The notes under the pieces are model-generated. The model did no database searches. It saw only the letters and a program-made list of their open reading frames with translations, and was not told where the DNA came from. From Bacteroidota bacterium (GTDB lineage: Bacteria > Bacteroidota > Bacteroidia > Chitinophagales > LD1): DNA of 64,000 nt. Positions 1 to 9,413 of the stretch are shown in pieces. The stretch's first letter is position 1. The number at the start of each line of letters is the position of its first letter. The stretch covers positions 229 through 64,228 of the forward strand of contig JAPLES010000018.1 of NCBI GenBank assembly GCA_026391075.1, read 5' to 3'. Both the position numbers and the translations under genes were made by a program.

Positions 1-734
1 AATGCCTGGCGCACGCCTTCGTAACCGTAAATTACTCCGCCCGTTGGAAAGTCAGGCGCCTTTACCACCTGCATCAATTCTTCAATCGTAATATCTTTAT
101 TGTCTAAGTAGTTGATAATAGCATTCGCTACTTCGGTTAAGTTGTGCGGCAACATATTCGTAGCCATACCTACTGCAATACCCGATGCACCGTTAATTAA
201 AAGATTCGGAATTTTTGATGGCAACACTGTTGGCTCTTCAAGCGAATCGTCAAAGTTCAGGCGCATGTCCACCGTTTCTTTTTCAATATCGCTGAGAATG
301 TCCTCGGCTATTTTGCGCAAGCGAGCTTCGGTGTAACGCATTGCCGCAGGCGGGTCGTTATCTATACTTCCGAAGTTACCCTGCCCGTCAACCAGCGGAT
401 AACGCAAACTCCAGTCCTGTGCCATACGCACCATGGCATCATACACACTGCTATCGCCATGCGGGTGATACTTACCCAACACCTCTCCCACAATTCTTGC
501 CGATTTTTTATGCGGCTTGCCGGGCATTAAACCCAGTTCGTTCATAGCAAAAAGCACTCTGCGGTGAACGGGCTTTAACCCATCGCGCACATCGGGTATG
601 GCGCGCGAAACAATAACGCTCATAGAGTAATCTATGTAAGCGGTTTTCATTTCCTCCTCTATGTTAATGCGAATAATGCGCGGGTTGTTTTCGGGTTCGG
701 TTGGTGGTACCGGAGGTATAATTTCGTCTGCCAT
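1..734 (-). CDS. gyrA: DNA gyrase subunit A, N-terminal ~244 codons (rest of the gene lies beyond the window start)
   Basis: Absent from the ORF track because it runs off the edge. My reverse-strand translation from the ATG at 734-732 reads [115 protein letters not shown]. This is the canonical GyrA N-terminus, including the AAMRYTE active-site Tyr region. Confidence 0.97.
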   Translation of the reverse strand, partial: MADEIIPPVPPTEPENNPRIIRINIEEEMKTAYIDYSMSVIVSRAIPDVRDGLKPVHRRVLFAMNELGLMPGKPHKKSARIVGEVLGKYHPHGDSSVYDAMVRMAQDWSLRYPLVDGQGNFGSIDNDPPAAMRYTEARLRKIAEDILSDIEKETVDMRLNFDDSLEEPTVLPSKIPNLLINGASGIAVGMATNMLPHNLTEVANAIINYLDNKDITIEELMQVVKAPDFPTGGVIYGYEGVRQA

Positions 735-1051
735 ATTGCTATTGAAAATTTAAAATTGAAGATAGAATACTGAATACAAAACCGCCTTTAAAATCGTAAA
801 TATTCAATCTTAAATATTACCTCTTTTAAAGGGCGAGCGAATATAGTTTTCGCGCCCCCCTAACCAAAGGTTTAGCACCCTTAATTTTCAACATTTAAGA
901 AGAGTTTTACAGTAGAATAAAGATGACAGAAAGTATTAAACCATGAAAAATTAATCAGCAACCTTTTATGGTGGATAAATTTTGTACCAAATCATTTTGG
1001 GATATTAAATTCGTCTTCAAGATGAAGACTAAAAGACGTTTATTGAAAAAC

Positions 1052-1903
1052 ATGATTTATAATGAATCATGCTTAAATACTATGGCAAAAATGCCAGATA
1101 ACTTCATAGACCTAACAATTACTTCCCCTCCATACGATAATCTGCGAACATATATCAATAGTGTTTCTGGGATTAAATCGAAATTCAATGGATACAATTT
1201 CCCATTTGAGGAAATAGCGAAAGAGTTATTTAGAGTAACTGCAAAAGGTGGAGTTGTTGTTTGGGTTGTTAGTGACGCAACAACAAATGGAAGTGAAACA
1301 GGTACATCTTTCAAACAGGCACTCTACTTTAAGGAGATAGGGTTTAAGCTTTTTGATACAATGATATACTCAAAGCCGCCAAGGGGCGCGGTGGGTAACA
1401 ATAAAACATACTGGCAGTCTTTCGAGTATATGTTTATTTTCAGCAAAGGGTCACCAAAAACTATCAACTTGATTATAGACAGAGAAAATAAAGAATCTCG
1501 TGAAGGAGACAATGGAACAAAGAGATTGCAAAACGGTGATTTGTTACAACTAAAAAGGGGGGGATATGGGAAGTTTGGGAGGAGAACAAATATTTGGGAA
1601 TATAATATAGGCAAAGGACACTCTACTCGTGACTCAATTGCTCATGGACATCCTGCAATTTTTCCCGAAAAATTAGCTCTTGACCACATCACTACTTGGA
1701 GCAACGAAGGTGATTTAGTCTATGACCCAATGATTGGTAGTGGAACGGTTGCTAAGATGTGCATTATGGAAAATAGAAATTACATTGGTAGTGAGATAAA
1801 TAAACCTTACTGCGAAATAGCTGAAAAGAGAATTTCTATGATTAAGGAAAAAATAAATAAACAGGAAAATGCCGAACCCGGAGCAATCATTTCTATCGCC
1901 TGA
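1052..1903 (+). CDS. beta-class DNA methyltransferase (N6_N4_Mtase family; the SPPY motif suggests N4-cytosine)
   Basis: ORF 968..1903. Motif IV LTITSPPYDNL is near the N-terminus. AdoMet motif I-like VYDPMIGSGTVAKM..YIGSEI is near the C-terminus, which is the beta-class order. The start is probably MIYNESCLNTM (1052); 968 and 1022 are alternatives. Confidence 0.88.
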   Translation: MIYNESCLNTMAKMPDNFIDLTITSPPYDNLRTYINSVSGIKSKFNGYNFPFEEIAKELFRVTAKGGVVVWVVSDATTNGSETGTSFKQALYFKEIGFKLFDTMIYSKPPRGAVGNNKTYWQSFEYMFIFSKGSPKTINLIIDRENKESREGDNGTKRLQNGDLLQLKRGGYGKFGRRTNIWEYNIGKGHSTRDSIAHGHPAIFPEKLALDHITTWSNEGDLVYDPMIGSGTVAKMCIMENRNYIGSEINKPYCEIAEKRISMIKEKINKQENAEPGAIISIA

Positions 1904-2333
1904 AGAACCAAAAACAAAAATTTGCACATCTTGTTTCATCGAGAAACCTATTGAGGCGTTTTCAAAAAATCAGTTTGGAAAGAATAATAGAGTTTTAAGA
2001 AGACCTGTTTGTAGGGATTGCTATTCTAAAAAAGTAAAGATAAATCCTAAGGAGAAGAAAGAATATGAAGTAAAAAGACCTCGTCCTAAAATTGGACAAG
2101 AGTTTAAATGCCCTATTTGTCACAGAAAAAAAATGCGATCGTTCAAAAACGATGTTGTTTTAGATCATAGCCATATAGACGGAAGTGTTAGAGGATGGGT
2201 TTGCAGTAGTTGCAATACAAGTATTGGTAAATTTTATGATGATCCTGCAATTCTACAAAGGGCTATTGATTGGATTAAAAATAAAGGCGATAGCCTTTTA
2301 GGACTAATTCTCTACCTATTATTGACTAACTGA
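1869..2333 (+). CDS. endonuclease VII / HNH (beta-beta-alpha-Me) family nuclease with N-terminal zinc ribbon; candidate restriction partner
   Basis: CTSC..(24 aa)..CRDC zinc ribbon, then CPICHRKK..VVLDHSHIDGSVRGWVCSSCNTSIGKF, which matches the DHxHxTGxVRGxLCxxCNxxxG core of T4 endo VII-like proteins. It overlaps the methyltransferase 3' end by 35 nt. Confidence 0.75.
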   Translation: MPNPEQSFLSPEEPKTKICTSCFIEKPIEAFSKNQFGKNNRVLRRPVCRDCYSKKVKINPKEKKEYEVKRPRPKIGQEFKCPICHRKKMRSFKNDVVLDHSHIDGSVRGWVCSSCNTSIGKFYDDPAILQRAIDWIKNKGDSLLGLILYLLLTN

Positions 2334-2404
2334 TAATAGTTTGCTATTCCTCCTTTCATCGGTCTAATTTCCCACTTCTTCATTCCACCTTCTATATTCG
2401 CCTT

Positions 2405-3568
2405 ATGGACATATCCTATATCCTCAACCATTTAGGCGAAGAGCGCGAAAACTATTACAACGCGGTTTCACCACCGGTTTTTCAAACCAGCAATTTCCGT
2501 TTTAAAGATGTGGCTGCCCTGCGGCTTGCCTTCACCAACGAAAAAAAATATCACATCTACAGCCGCGGCAATAACCCCACGGTAGAAATACTGCGCAAAA
2601 AAATTGCCGCCCTTGCCGGTGCCGATGATGCGCTAGTGTTTGCAAGCGGTGCGGCTGCGGTGGCGGCTGCGGTTATAGCCAATGTAAAAGCGGGCGAGCA
2701 TGTGGTGTGTGTGCAGAAACCCTATTCGTGGACGCACAAACTGCTCAACGAATTTCTCGTGCGCTTTGGCGTGCAAAGCACCATGGTTGACGGCACAAGC
2801 ACACAAAACTTTGCCGATGCCATACAACCCAACACGCGAACTATTTTTCTTGAATCGCCCAACACGTTCACTTTCGAATTGCAGAACATACAAGAAGTGG
2901 TGAAACTGGCGAAGCAGCACAACATTATTACCATTATTGACAACAGCTATTGCACTTCGCTCGGGCAGCGCTGCATAGAGATGGGGATTGATATTGAAAT
3001 ACATTCTGCCAGCAAACATTATGGCGGGCACAGCGATGTGGTGGCGGGTTACCTGCTCTGTAATCAGGTGATGGCTGATAAAATTTTTGCTTCGGAATAC
3101 CTCAACCTCGGTGCAAATATTTCTCCGCACGATGCGTGGTTACTGATTCGCAGTTTGCGCACTTTGCCCATTCGCTTAGAGAAAATTAAAAACACCACCG
3201 ATAAAATTGTAGAGTGGCTCGAAACCCATCCGCAAATTGAAAAAGTGATTTATCCTTTTTCGAAATCTTTTCCGCAATATGATTTGGCAAAGAAGCAAAT
3301 GCTTTGGTGCGGAGGATTGTTCAGCGTTCAACTGAAAGCAAAGAATGTGGAAGAAGTAGAAACGTTTTGCAACGCGCTTAAGCAGTTTATGTTGGCGGTG
3401 AGTTGGGGCGGTTATGAATCGTTGGCGGTGCCGGCTTGCAGTTTTAATCCGCGCAGGCAATATGATGATGCAGCTTTTCCTTTTAACCTGATTCGTTTTT
3501 ATATTGGTTTAGATGATGTTGAAATCTTAACGGAAGATTTGAAACAAGCGTTCACCAAAATCGAATAA
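2405..3568 (+). CDS. PLP-dependent trans-sulfuration enzyme (cystathionine beta-lyase / gamma-synthase family)
   Basis: 387 aa. YSRGNNPT, the PLP-lysine context HSASKHYGGHSDVVAG and the C-terminal SWGGYESL are typical of the Cys/Met-metabolism PLP family. Confidence 0.85.
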   Translation: MDISYILNHLGEERENYYNAVSPPVFQTSNFRFKDVAALRLAFTNEKKYHIYSRGNNPTVEILRKKIAALAGADDALVFASGAAAVAAAVIANVKAGEHVVCVQKPYSWTHKLLNEFLVRFGVQSTMVDGTSTQNFADAIQPNTRTIFLESPNTFTFELQNIQEVVKLAKQHNIITIIDNSYCTSLGQRCIEMGIDIEIHSASKHYGGHSDVVAGYLLCNQVMADKIFASEYLNLGANISPHDAWLLIRSLRTLPIRLEKIKNTTDKIVEWLETHPQIEKVIYPFSKSFPQYDLAKKQMLWCGGLFSVQLKAKNVEEVETFCNALKQFMLAVSWGGYESLAVPACSFNPRRQYDDAAFPFNLIRFYIGLDDVEILTEDLKQAFTKIE

Positions 3569-3581
3569 TGTGTCGAACCCG

Positions 3582-3622
3582 CTGCAACGATTGAAGGAAT
3601 AAAAACCGTTGCGGTTTTTTTT
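3582..3622 (+). terminator. rho-independent terminator after the PLP enzyme gene
   Basis: Stem ctgcaacg (3582-3589) pairs with cgttgcgg (3607-3614), followed by T8 (3615-3622). Confidence 0.7.
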
Positions 3623-3644
3623 AGAACCACCAAAGAAAGTTTTC

Positions 3645-4328
3645 ATGAAATTAAAGTTGCTGCTCCTGACAGTTTGCGTTATTGCTTTTTCATTGGCACA
3701 CGCCACCGATTATACTTCGCTTACCGAAGCTTTAAAAAATCCAACTGCCGTAAAATCACTTAACCTCAGCGGAAGAGGACTCACCGTTTTATCTGAAAGC
3801 ATTGGTAAACTCACCAATCTCGAACGACTGAATATTTCAAGCAACAAACTGACGGCTTTGCCCAAAGCATTGTTCGCGTTGAAGAAGTTGAAGTATCTCA
3901 ATTTAACCGCGAATCAACTCACGGCAATTCCCGCAGGCATCGGTAATCTTAAAAACTTACAGGAACTCGAAATAGGTTTCAATAAAATTTCTTCGTTGCC
4001 GAAAGAGATTGGCGCGCTTGCGAAGCTTGCGCGCTTTGTGGCTTCTAAAAACAATTTGAAAACATTGCCAGCCGAAGCTGCGCAATGGACAAAAGTGGAA
4101 ATTATTGACTTCACTTATAATCCACTAACTGAAATTCCAGCCGCACTTTGTGGAATGATAAATCTAAAAACCGCTGACTTTAGTTTTGATAAAGAACTGG
4201 CCGGCTTTCCTTCCAATATAAAAAATCTTTCTCGCTTGCGTTTGCTCAATTTGAAGAACACAAAAATTTCTGCTAAACAAGTTGATGATCTCAATTGGCT
4301 TATTCCCGATTGTCAAATTATGTTGTAG
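3645..4328 (+). CDS. secreted leucine-rich repeat (LRR) protein
   Basis: Signal peptide MKLKLLLLTVCVIAFSLAHA, then about 8 LxxLxLxxNxLxxLP repeats. The track start at 3609 is a TTG inside the upstream terminator, so ATG 3645 is preferred. Confidence 0.85.
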   Translation: MKLKLLLLTVCVIAFSLAHATDYTSLTEALKNPTAVKSLNLSGRGLTVLSESIGKLTNLERLNISSNKLTALPKALFALKKLKYLNLTANQLTAIPAGIGNLKNLQELEIGFNKISSLPKEIGALAKLARFVASKNNLKTLPAEAAQWTKVEIIDFTYNPLTEIPAALCGMINLKTADFSFDKELAGFPSNIKNLSRLRLLNLKNTKISAKQVDDLNWLIPDCQIML

Positions 4329-4336
4329 AAAGAAAT

Positions 4337-4394
4337 GTCATGGTGAGCCTGTCGAACCATATTCCTCCAAACTCTTCGACAAGCTCAGAGTGAC
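4337..4394. repeat. intergenic imperfect inverted repeat (REP-like element)
   Basis: gtcatggtgagcctgtcgaa (4337-4356) and ttcgacaagctcagagtgac (4375-4394) are inverted copies matching at 15 of 20 positions. One frame reads LFDKLRVT, a peptide I recall from spurious small ORFs over repeat elements in Bacteroidota genomes. Confidence 0.55.
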
Positions 4395-4445
4395 ATAACG
4401 CAACGCTTCTAACAACTTCTTTTATTTTGCGCAGAAAACTCTTCC

Positions 4446-4907
4446 ATGCGGAAAATAATTTCCATCGCTATCCTCACGCTTCTCCTCTCCTCGTGCAGAA
4501 TTCAGGCACCTGTTTTTAAAGGAATAGAAAACTCTAAATCAGAAACATCGGCCACAGGCAATATTCAGTTAAGTGCCGAAGTGGTTTTTCATAACCCGAA
4601 CTTTATGCGTTGCAAAATGAGCGATATGGCTGTTGATGTAACAGTGAATAAGAAAACTGTAACCACCTTAGGCGACAAAACCACCATGATGATGAAACCA
4701 AAAGCTGATTTCCGTATTCCAGTTCGCATTGCTATAGGTAATGAAGGCGGCATACTTGAGAATATTAAAAGTCTGTTCAGCCTTTTCAGCGCAAAGGAAG
4801 TTGAGTTAGGTCTTGAAGGGAATATGCTCATCAAGTCGTTTTGCTTTAAGAAAACGATTCCGATTCACTACGCACAGAAAATAAATTTAAGCGGCTTTAA
4901 AAAGTAA
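4446..4907 (+). CDS. LEA type-2 (NDR1/HIN1-like) family lipoprotein
   Basis: Lipobox LLLSSC. VVFHNPNFMRCKMSDMAVDVTVNKKTV resembles the LEA_2 fold signature. Confidence 0.7.
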   Translation: MRKIISIAILTLLLSSCRIQAPVFKGIENSKSETSATGNIQLSAEVVFHNPNFMRCKMSDMAVDVTVNKKTVTTLGDKTTMMMKPKADFRIPVRIAIGNEGGILENIKSLFSLFSAKEVELGLEGNMLIKSFCFKKTIPIHYAQKINLSGFKK

Positions 4908-4910
4908 ACT

Positions 4911-5237
4911 ATGCAACACGGTTCCGACTTTACTCCCTACTACGCGGTAATATTTACCACAACCCGCACCGAAGCAGATAACGGCTACCACGAAATGGCT
5001 GCGCGGATGGAAGAACTTGCCTCTGAGCAAGAAGGTTATTTAGGAATTGAATCTGCCCGTAATGAAAGTTCGCGCGTGGGAATTACTGTTTCTTACTGGC
5101 GCGATTTAGAAAGCATAAAGAAGTGGAGAGAAAATGCCGAGCATCAACTTGCCCGCAAACTCGGCAAAGAAAAATGGTATGCTCATTATCAACTCAGAAT
5201 TTGCAAAGTGGAAAGAGTGTATGGCTTTGAGGCGTAG
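4911..5237 (+). CDS. antibiotic-biosynthesis-monooxygenase (ABM) domain protein
   Basis: 108 aa. YYAVIFTTTRT..GYLGIES.R...RVGITVSYWRDLESIKKWRENAEH..A...G...WY..Y.LRICKVERVYGF matches the ABM family pattern. Confidence 0.75.
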   Translation: MQHGSDFTPYYAVIFTTTRTEADNGYHEMAARMEELASEQEGYLGIESARNESSRVGITVSYWRDLESIKKWRENAEHQLARKLGKEKWYAHYQLRICKVERVYGFEA

Positions 5238-5283
5238 TTAATTCTTCGTTAACACCATACTCTTATCGAAATTGATCAAAAAA

Positions 5284-5329
5284 AAACTTCCATAGTAAAA
5301 TCTCAAAGAGCATTCTACCATGGAAGTTT
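5284..5329. terminator. bidirectional hairpin between convergent genes
   Basis: Perfect 10-bp arms aaacttccat (5284-5293) and atggaagttt (5320-5329), flanked by an A-run upstream and a T-run downstream. The 26-nt loop is large. Confidence 0.5.
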
Positions 5330-5348
5330 TAAGCAGATCCTATTTTTA

Positions 5349-5864
5349 CTACAAAGGAATATTATACATCCTACAAACTTCTTCGTAAGGCATGGTTCTA
5401 ATGTCGCGTTTGCCTACTAATACTCCACCCGGAATTGCGATATATCTGTATTTAATACTTAAACTAGTACCTACACTTCCAGAATTATCAAATGCAACTC
5501 TAGTATAGGTAATTGTTTTTTTACCTGGTAAGAAATTGATGGTGTTTGCAATTCCTCCTGCATAACTTATATACGGAAGCGGAATAGTTCCAGCCCCCCA
5601 GTTCAAATACGCCAAAACGGCCCCTGAGTCAAGTATACTTTCTGTAATTCCATATGCTGAATCGGTACTGTATTTCATTAGTGTTCCATCAATCGTTGTA
5701 TCTCTAAATGGGTGATCTAGTAATTTCCAATGAGAATAGTAAACGTTGGCATTACCGTTTAATCCATTGGCTCCTGCAGGGCCAGTAGGTCCTGCTTCTT
5801 TTGTACAAGCTCCAAAATAAAGTAACAGAGAAGCAACAAAAAGTAGAATTGAAATCTTTTTTAT
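5349..5864 (-). CDS. small lipoprotein with a collagen-like G-X-Y stretch; no canonical start codon (apparent ATA)
   Basis: The track ORF 5349..5678 starts at an internal Met. The frame stays open upstream to 5984 and encodes (ATA)KKISILLFVASLLLYFGAC (signal plus lipobox), then GPTGPAGANGLNGNA. No ATG, GTG or TTG lies in frame between 5679 and 5984. Confidence 0.6.
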   Translation of the reverse strand: MKKISILLFVASLLLYFGACTKEAGPTGPAGANGLNGNANVYYSHWKLLDHPFRDTTIDGTLMKYSTDSAYGITESILDSGAVLAYLNWGAGTIPLPYISYAGGIANTINFLPGKKTITYTRVAFDNSGSVGTSLSIKYRYIAIPGGVLVGKRDIRTMPYEEVCRMYNIPL

Positions 5865-5961
5865 GATTGTGGTTTTAGGTGAAAAAATGTTTAGTGAAAA
5901 TAAAATAACTGGTTGAAGTGAGCTCGTGTTTCTAAAAATAAAACGTAGAAAAATAGGGACA

Positions 5962-7299
5962 CTATTTTTTCCCGCTTCTGCTTGCTAACGCATCATGCTC
6001 TACCTTTCCAAATTTTTTCAAATGGTTTTTAGCTTGGCGATTTGCAATATCAATACCCAACGCTAGAATTAAATTTCTTCCCGCACTGAATTTTTCAGGA
6101 TGTTTTTTGCCCTTTCGAAAGTTGTCGAAGAAAAATTTTGATGATAGAATAGCAAATGGAGCGCATGGATTATGCGAAAGATGTTTGCCAAATACTCGCT
6201 TGTGAACCACATCCGTTTTCGCGTGCATAGTAGCATAAGCTACTTCGGTGTTCTTATACATTACCTCATCATCACCAAAACAAGCGCACAATTGCACAGG
6301 AGCTTTAGGCACCCAATTGCACAAACAGTTTTCTTTGAGCTTGCAGGTGAAAGCGAAAGTTGAATCACTGCGAAAGCGCTCCATTATACTATCTACAATC
6401 ATTTCACCCGGAATTTTTGGAAGCATGGCATTTACATCACCAAAATCTTTTGTGCGGGGCTGCGCAAACACTTCGCGCATTTTCGATTTGTAAGGTTCTT
6501 TAAAAACTTCATACACATCACCCGGCCACAGGTTGTAAGCATATTGATACGAAACAATTAAATAAGGCAAGTAGTGCGGCTGCGTATACGGGCGATACAT
6601 GGTTTTTGATTGCTCACCTACCATATCATACGCGCCACTCATAGGCGAAGAGGCGGTCAACTTAATTTCATCAAACGCACCGCTCTCTAACATTTTATGA
6701 GTTGCCAGGCTGGCATGTCCGCCTTGTGAATAACCTGTAAGAAATAATTGACCCGAAGTGCTCTTGCCTATTTGCGGATAAATTTCGCGACAAGCTTTTA
6801 TCATATAAATAGTCGCCATAGCTTCTGTCCATGAATCTTGATACACGTGCTCCTTTTCACCACCGGCAAAACCATAATAGAAAGGAAAGATGGCGATATA
6901 ATTATCTACCGCGTGCATCATGCAAACTACTTGTTCCAAATCCTGAATACCATAATCCTGACGCAAACCAATTCGTGTACCGTGGTCGTAAACCATTTCG
7001 GCAGAAGGCTTATCCACTTTAGGAACATATACCACACCCTTTGCCATAATAAAACTGCTATCGAGCCACATACCTTTGTAAGTAACTTCATACATATCTA
7101 CTGCATTGCTCACCGGCACAACAATTTGGGGAATATGTGTGCGCTTCCAAAATTTATTCAGCGAATCCTGTGTGTAAGAATATTTCAACTCGTAGCTAAC
7201 CAAGAAATGGTCAGGTGCGCCCGATGCCGCTTGTGTTGTGTTATGAAAATGGAGAAGAACGAAACAGAGAACAGAAAAACGGAGCAGGATTTTTTTCAT
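5962..7299 (-). CDS. secreted alpha/beta-hydrolase, lipase (LIP-like) family
   Basis: Signal peptide and the nucleophile elbow LTGYSQGGHA. 445 aa. Confidence 0.7.
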   Translation of the reverse strand: MKKILLRFSVLCFVLLHFHNTTQAASGAPDHFLVSYELKYSYTQDSLNKFWKRTHIPQIVVPVSNAVDMYEVTYKGMWLDSSFIMAKGVVYVPKVDKPSAEMVYDHGTRIGLRQDYGIQDLEQVVCMMHAVDNYIAIFPFYYGFAGGEKEHVYQDSWTEAMATIYMIKACREIYPQIGKSTSGQLFLTGYSQGGHASLATHKMLESGAFDEIKLTASSPMSGAYDMVGEQSKTMYRPYTQPHYLPYLIVSYQYAYNLWPGDVYEVFKEPYKSKMREVFAQPRTKDFGDVNAMLPKIPGEMIVDSIMERFRSDSTFAFTCKLKENCLCNWVPKAPVQLCACFGDDEVMYKNTEVAYATMHAKTDVVHKRVFGKHLSHNPCAPFAILSSKFFFDNFRKGKKHPEKFSAGRNLILALGIDIANRQAKNHLKKFGKVEHDALASRSGKK

Positions 7300-7349
7300 G
7301 AAGGAATTGATTTGAAATTTTAGAGTTGGTTAAAAAATAGGAAAGAGTT

Positions 7350-8180
7350 TTACTTTTTCTTCTTGACTGAATTAAGAATGTACATAAATTGAAAGGTGAG
7401 CACATTATTATATTGTCCGTTTAGCTTTGCATTTGGGTAGGATGCGCGCATTCTTGAAAAACTGTAAGAAAACTTTCCGCCAAGCAAAAACTGTTGTTTA
7501 ATTACAAAATAGAAACCTGCAAAACCGCTTAAATCAAATCTGTTCGGTTGGTAAGGTGGGCTATTAGTGACATCGTTACCGGCATAATCTCTCTCTTTAT
7601 AACGTACTAAAACCGAGGGACATAAACCTATGGTGAACATGATCAGTTTTTTATCATGAATATTTAAGGCTACGGGCACTGCCAAATAATCTAACTGTGC
7701 TTGGTATAGTTGCAAACTTGCAGGAGTTGCACTGGGAACAAATCTGGCTTTGGCGCCTTTCATTGAATAATCAATTCCTGCGCTCACCGAAATATTTTTA
7801 TGGAACCGAAACATAACACCGGCCCCTACATTTGCACCTAGATATTTGTAACCCGATTCATTATCACCATCAATTTGACAAGCATTTAAGCCTGCATGAA
7901 ACATTCCTTTTATTAATCCATCGCGCTTAAAATTGTAATCTTCCTGATTTGGATTATTGAGGGTTTCTGCTTTTTTTCTTTCTCTCATTTGCCTAGGAGT
8001 TTCTTCCTGAGCTTCTTCTTCATCACTGGGATAAACATATTTTTCCTTCTGAACAGTATCTTGCTTTTGCTCCTTCGGTTTCGGTAATCCAATAGTTAAA
8101 CTTCCGTCTTTGTTATAAGTGGTTTGCGTAAAAGCTACAATCGGCAGTAATAATATCCACAGTGTTAGTTTCTTCTTCAT
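7350..8180 (-). CDS. outer-membrane beta-barrel protein (PorT/OMP_b-brl family-like)
   Basis: Signal peptide MKKKLTLWILLLPIVAFTQ, a low-complexity linker, then alternating beta-strand pattern ending in a C-terminal aromatic-rich strand. Confidence 0.65.
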   Translation of the reverse strand: MKKKLTLWILLLPIVAFTQTTYNKDGSLTIGLPKPKEQKQDTVQKEKYVYPSDEEEAQEETPRQMRERKKAETLNNPNQEDYNFKRDGLIKGMFHAGLNACQIDGDNESGYKYLGANVGAGVMFRFHKNISVSAGIDYSMKGAKARFVPSATPASLQLYQAQLDYLAVPVALNIHDKKLIMFTIGLCPSVLVRYKERDYAGNDVTNSPPYQPNRFDLSGFAGFYFVIKQQFLLGGKFSYSFSRMRASYPNAKLNGQYNNVLTFQFMYILNSVKKKK

Positions 8181-8260
8181 GCTTCGAAATTTCGGGCGAA
8201 TATTTTCGTTTTAGTTTTATGAAAGTAGTGTAACAGAAAGATTAACAATAAAAATTTACG

Positions 8261-8548
8261 ATGGCATTCAAATATAATATTGCGCAGCTCAAAAAGATGG
8301 AAGACATTTTTAAAGAAGGCGGCTATACCGTGCGCTATGAAAAAGGGAATTTTCAAAACGGTTACTGCGTTCTTGAAAAAAGAAGAGTGGTAGTTATTAA
8401 CCGCTTTCATGAGCCCGAAGCAAAAATAAATTCCATGATGGAAATACTCGTGAATATTTCTGATTTGGAATTGGAAAACCTTTCGAGCGAAAGCATGCAG
8501 TTCTATCAGCAGATAAAAACCGAAAAAGAAACTTTATTCGCAAAGTAA
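8261..8548 (+). CDS. hypothetical protein (95 aa)
   Basis: Clean ORF in the intergenic context upstream of the MBL hydrolase. No motif recognised. Confidence 0.5.
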   Translation: MAFKYNIAQLKKMEDIFKEGGYTVRYEKGNFQNGYCVLEKRRVVVINRFHEPEAKINSMMEILVNISDLELENLSSESMQFYQQIKTEKETLFAK

Positions 8549-8584
8549 GGCTGAGAATAATCAATCATCTCTAATCATTTATCA

Positions 8585-9346
<762 letters not shown>

Positions 9347-9413
9347 GATTTTTCATGAAGAAAAAAAGAATAGTTTTACCCGATAACCATTTTCTTAATC
9401 AACCAACCACACC

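Noticed and set aside
735-967. AT-rich gyrA upstream region with the repeated octamer TAAATATT (two copies, 14 bp apart). I considered it a DNA-unwinding element or small RNA.
   Set aside because: It is short and low-complexity AT-rich promoter DNA, with no supporting boxes or stable structure. It is most simply the gyrA promoter region plus the edge of the AT-rich R-M insertion.
2633-3130. Long antisense ORFs in the track, for example 2633..3130(-), 6838..7323(+), 18305..18802(-), 27296..27694(-), 47254..47649(+), 50408..50824(+), 54755..55267(+), 62563..63189(-), 63271..63732(-) and 63296..63754(+).
   Set aside because: Each lies entirely within, and antisense or out of frame to, a gene with strong family motifs. 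Their translations are low-complexity or Cys/Arg-rich with no motifs. They are shadow ORFs.
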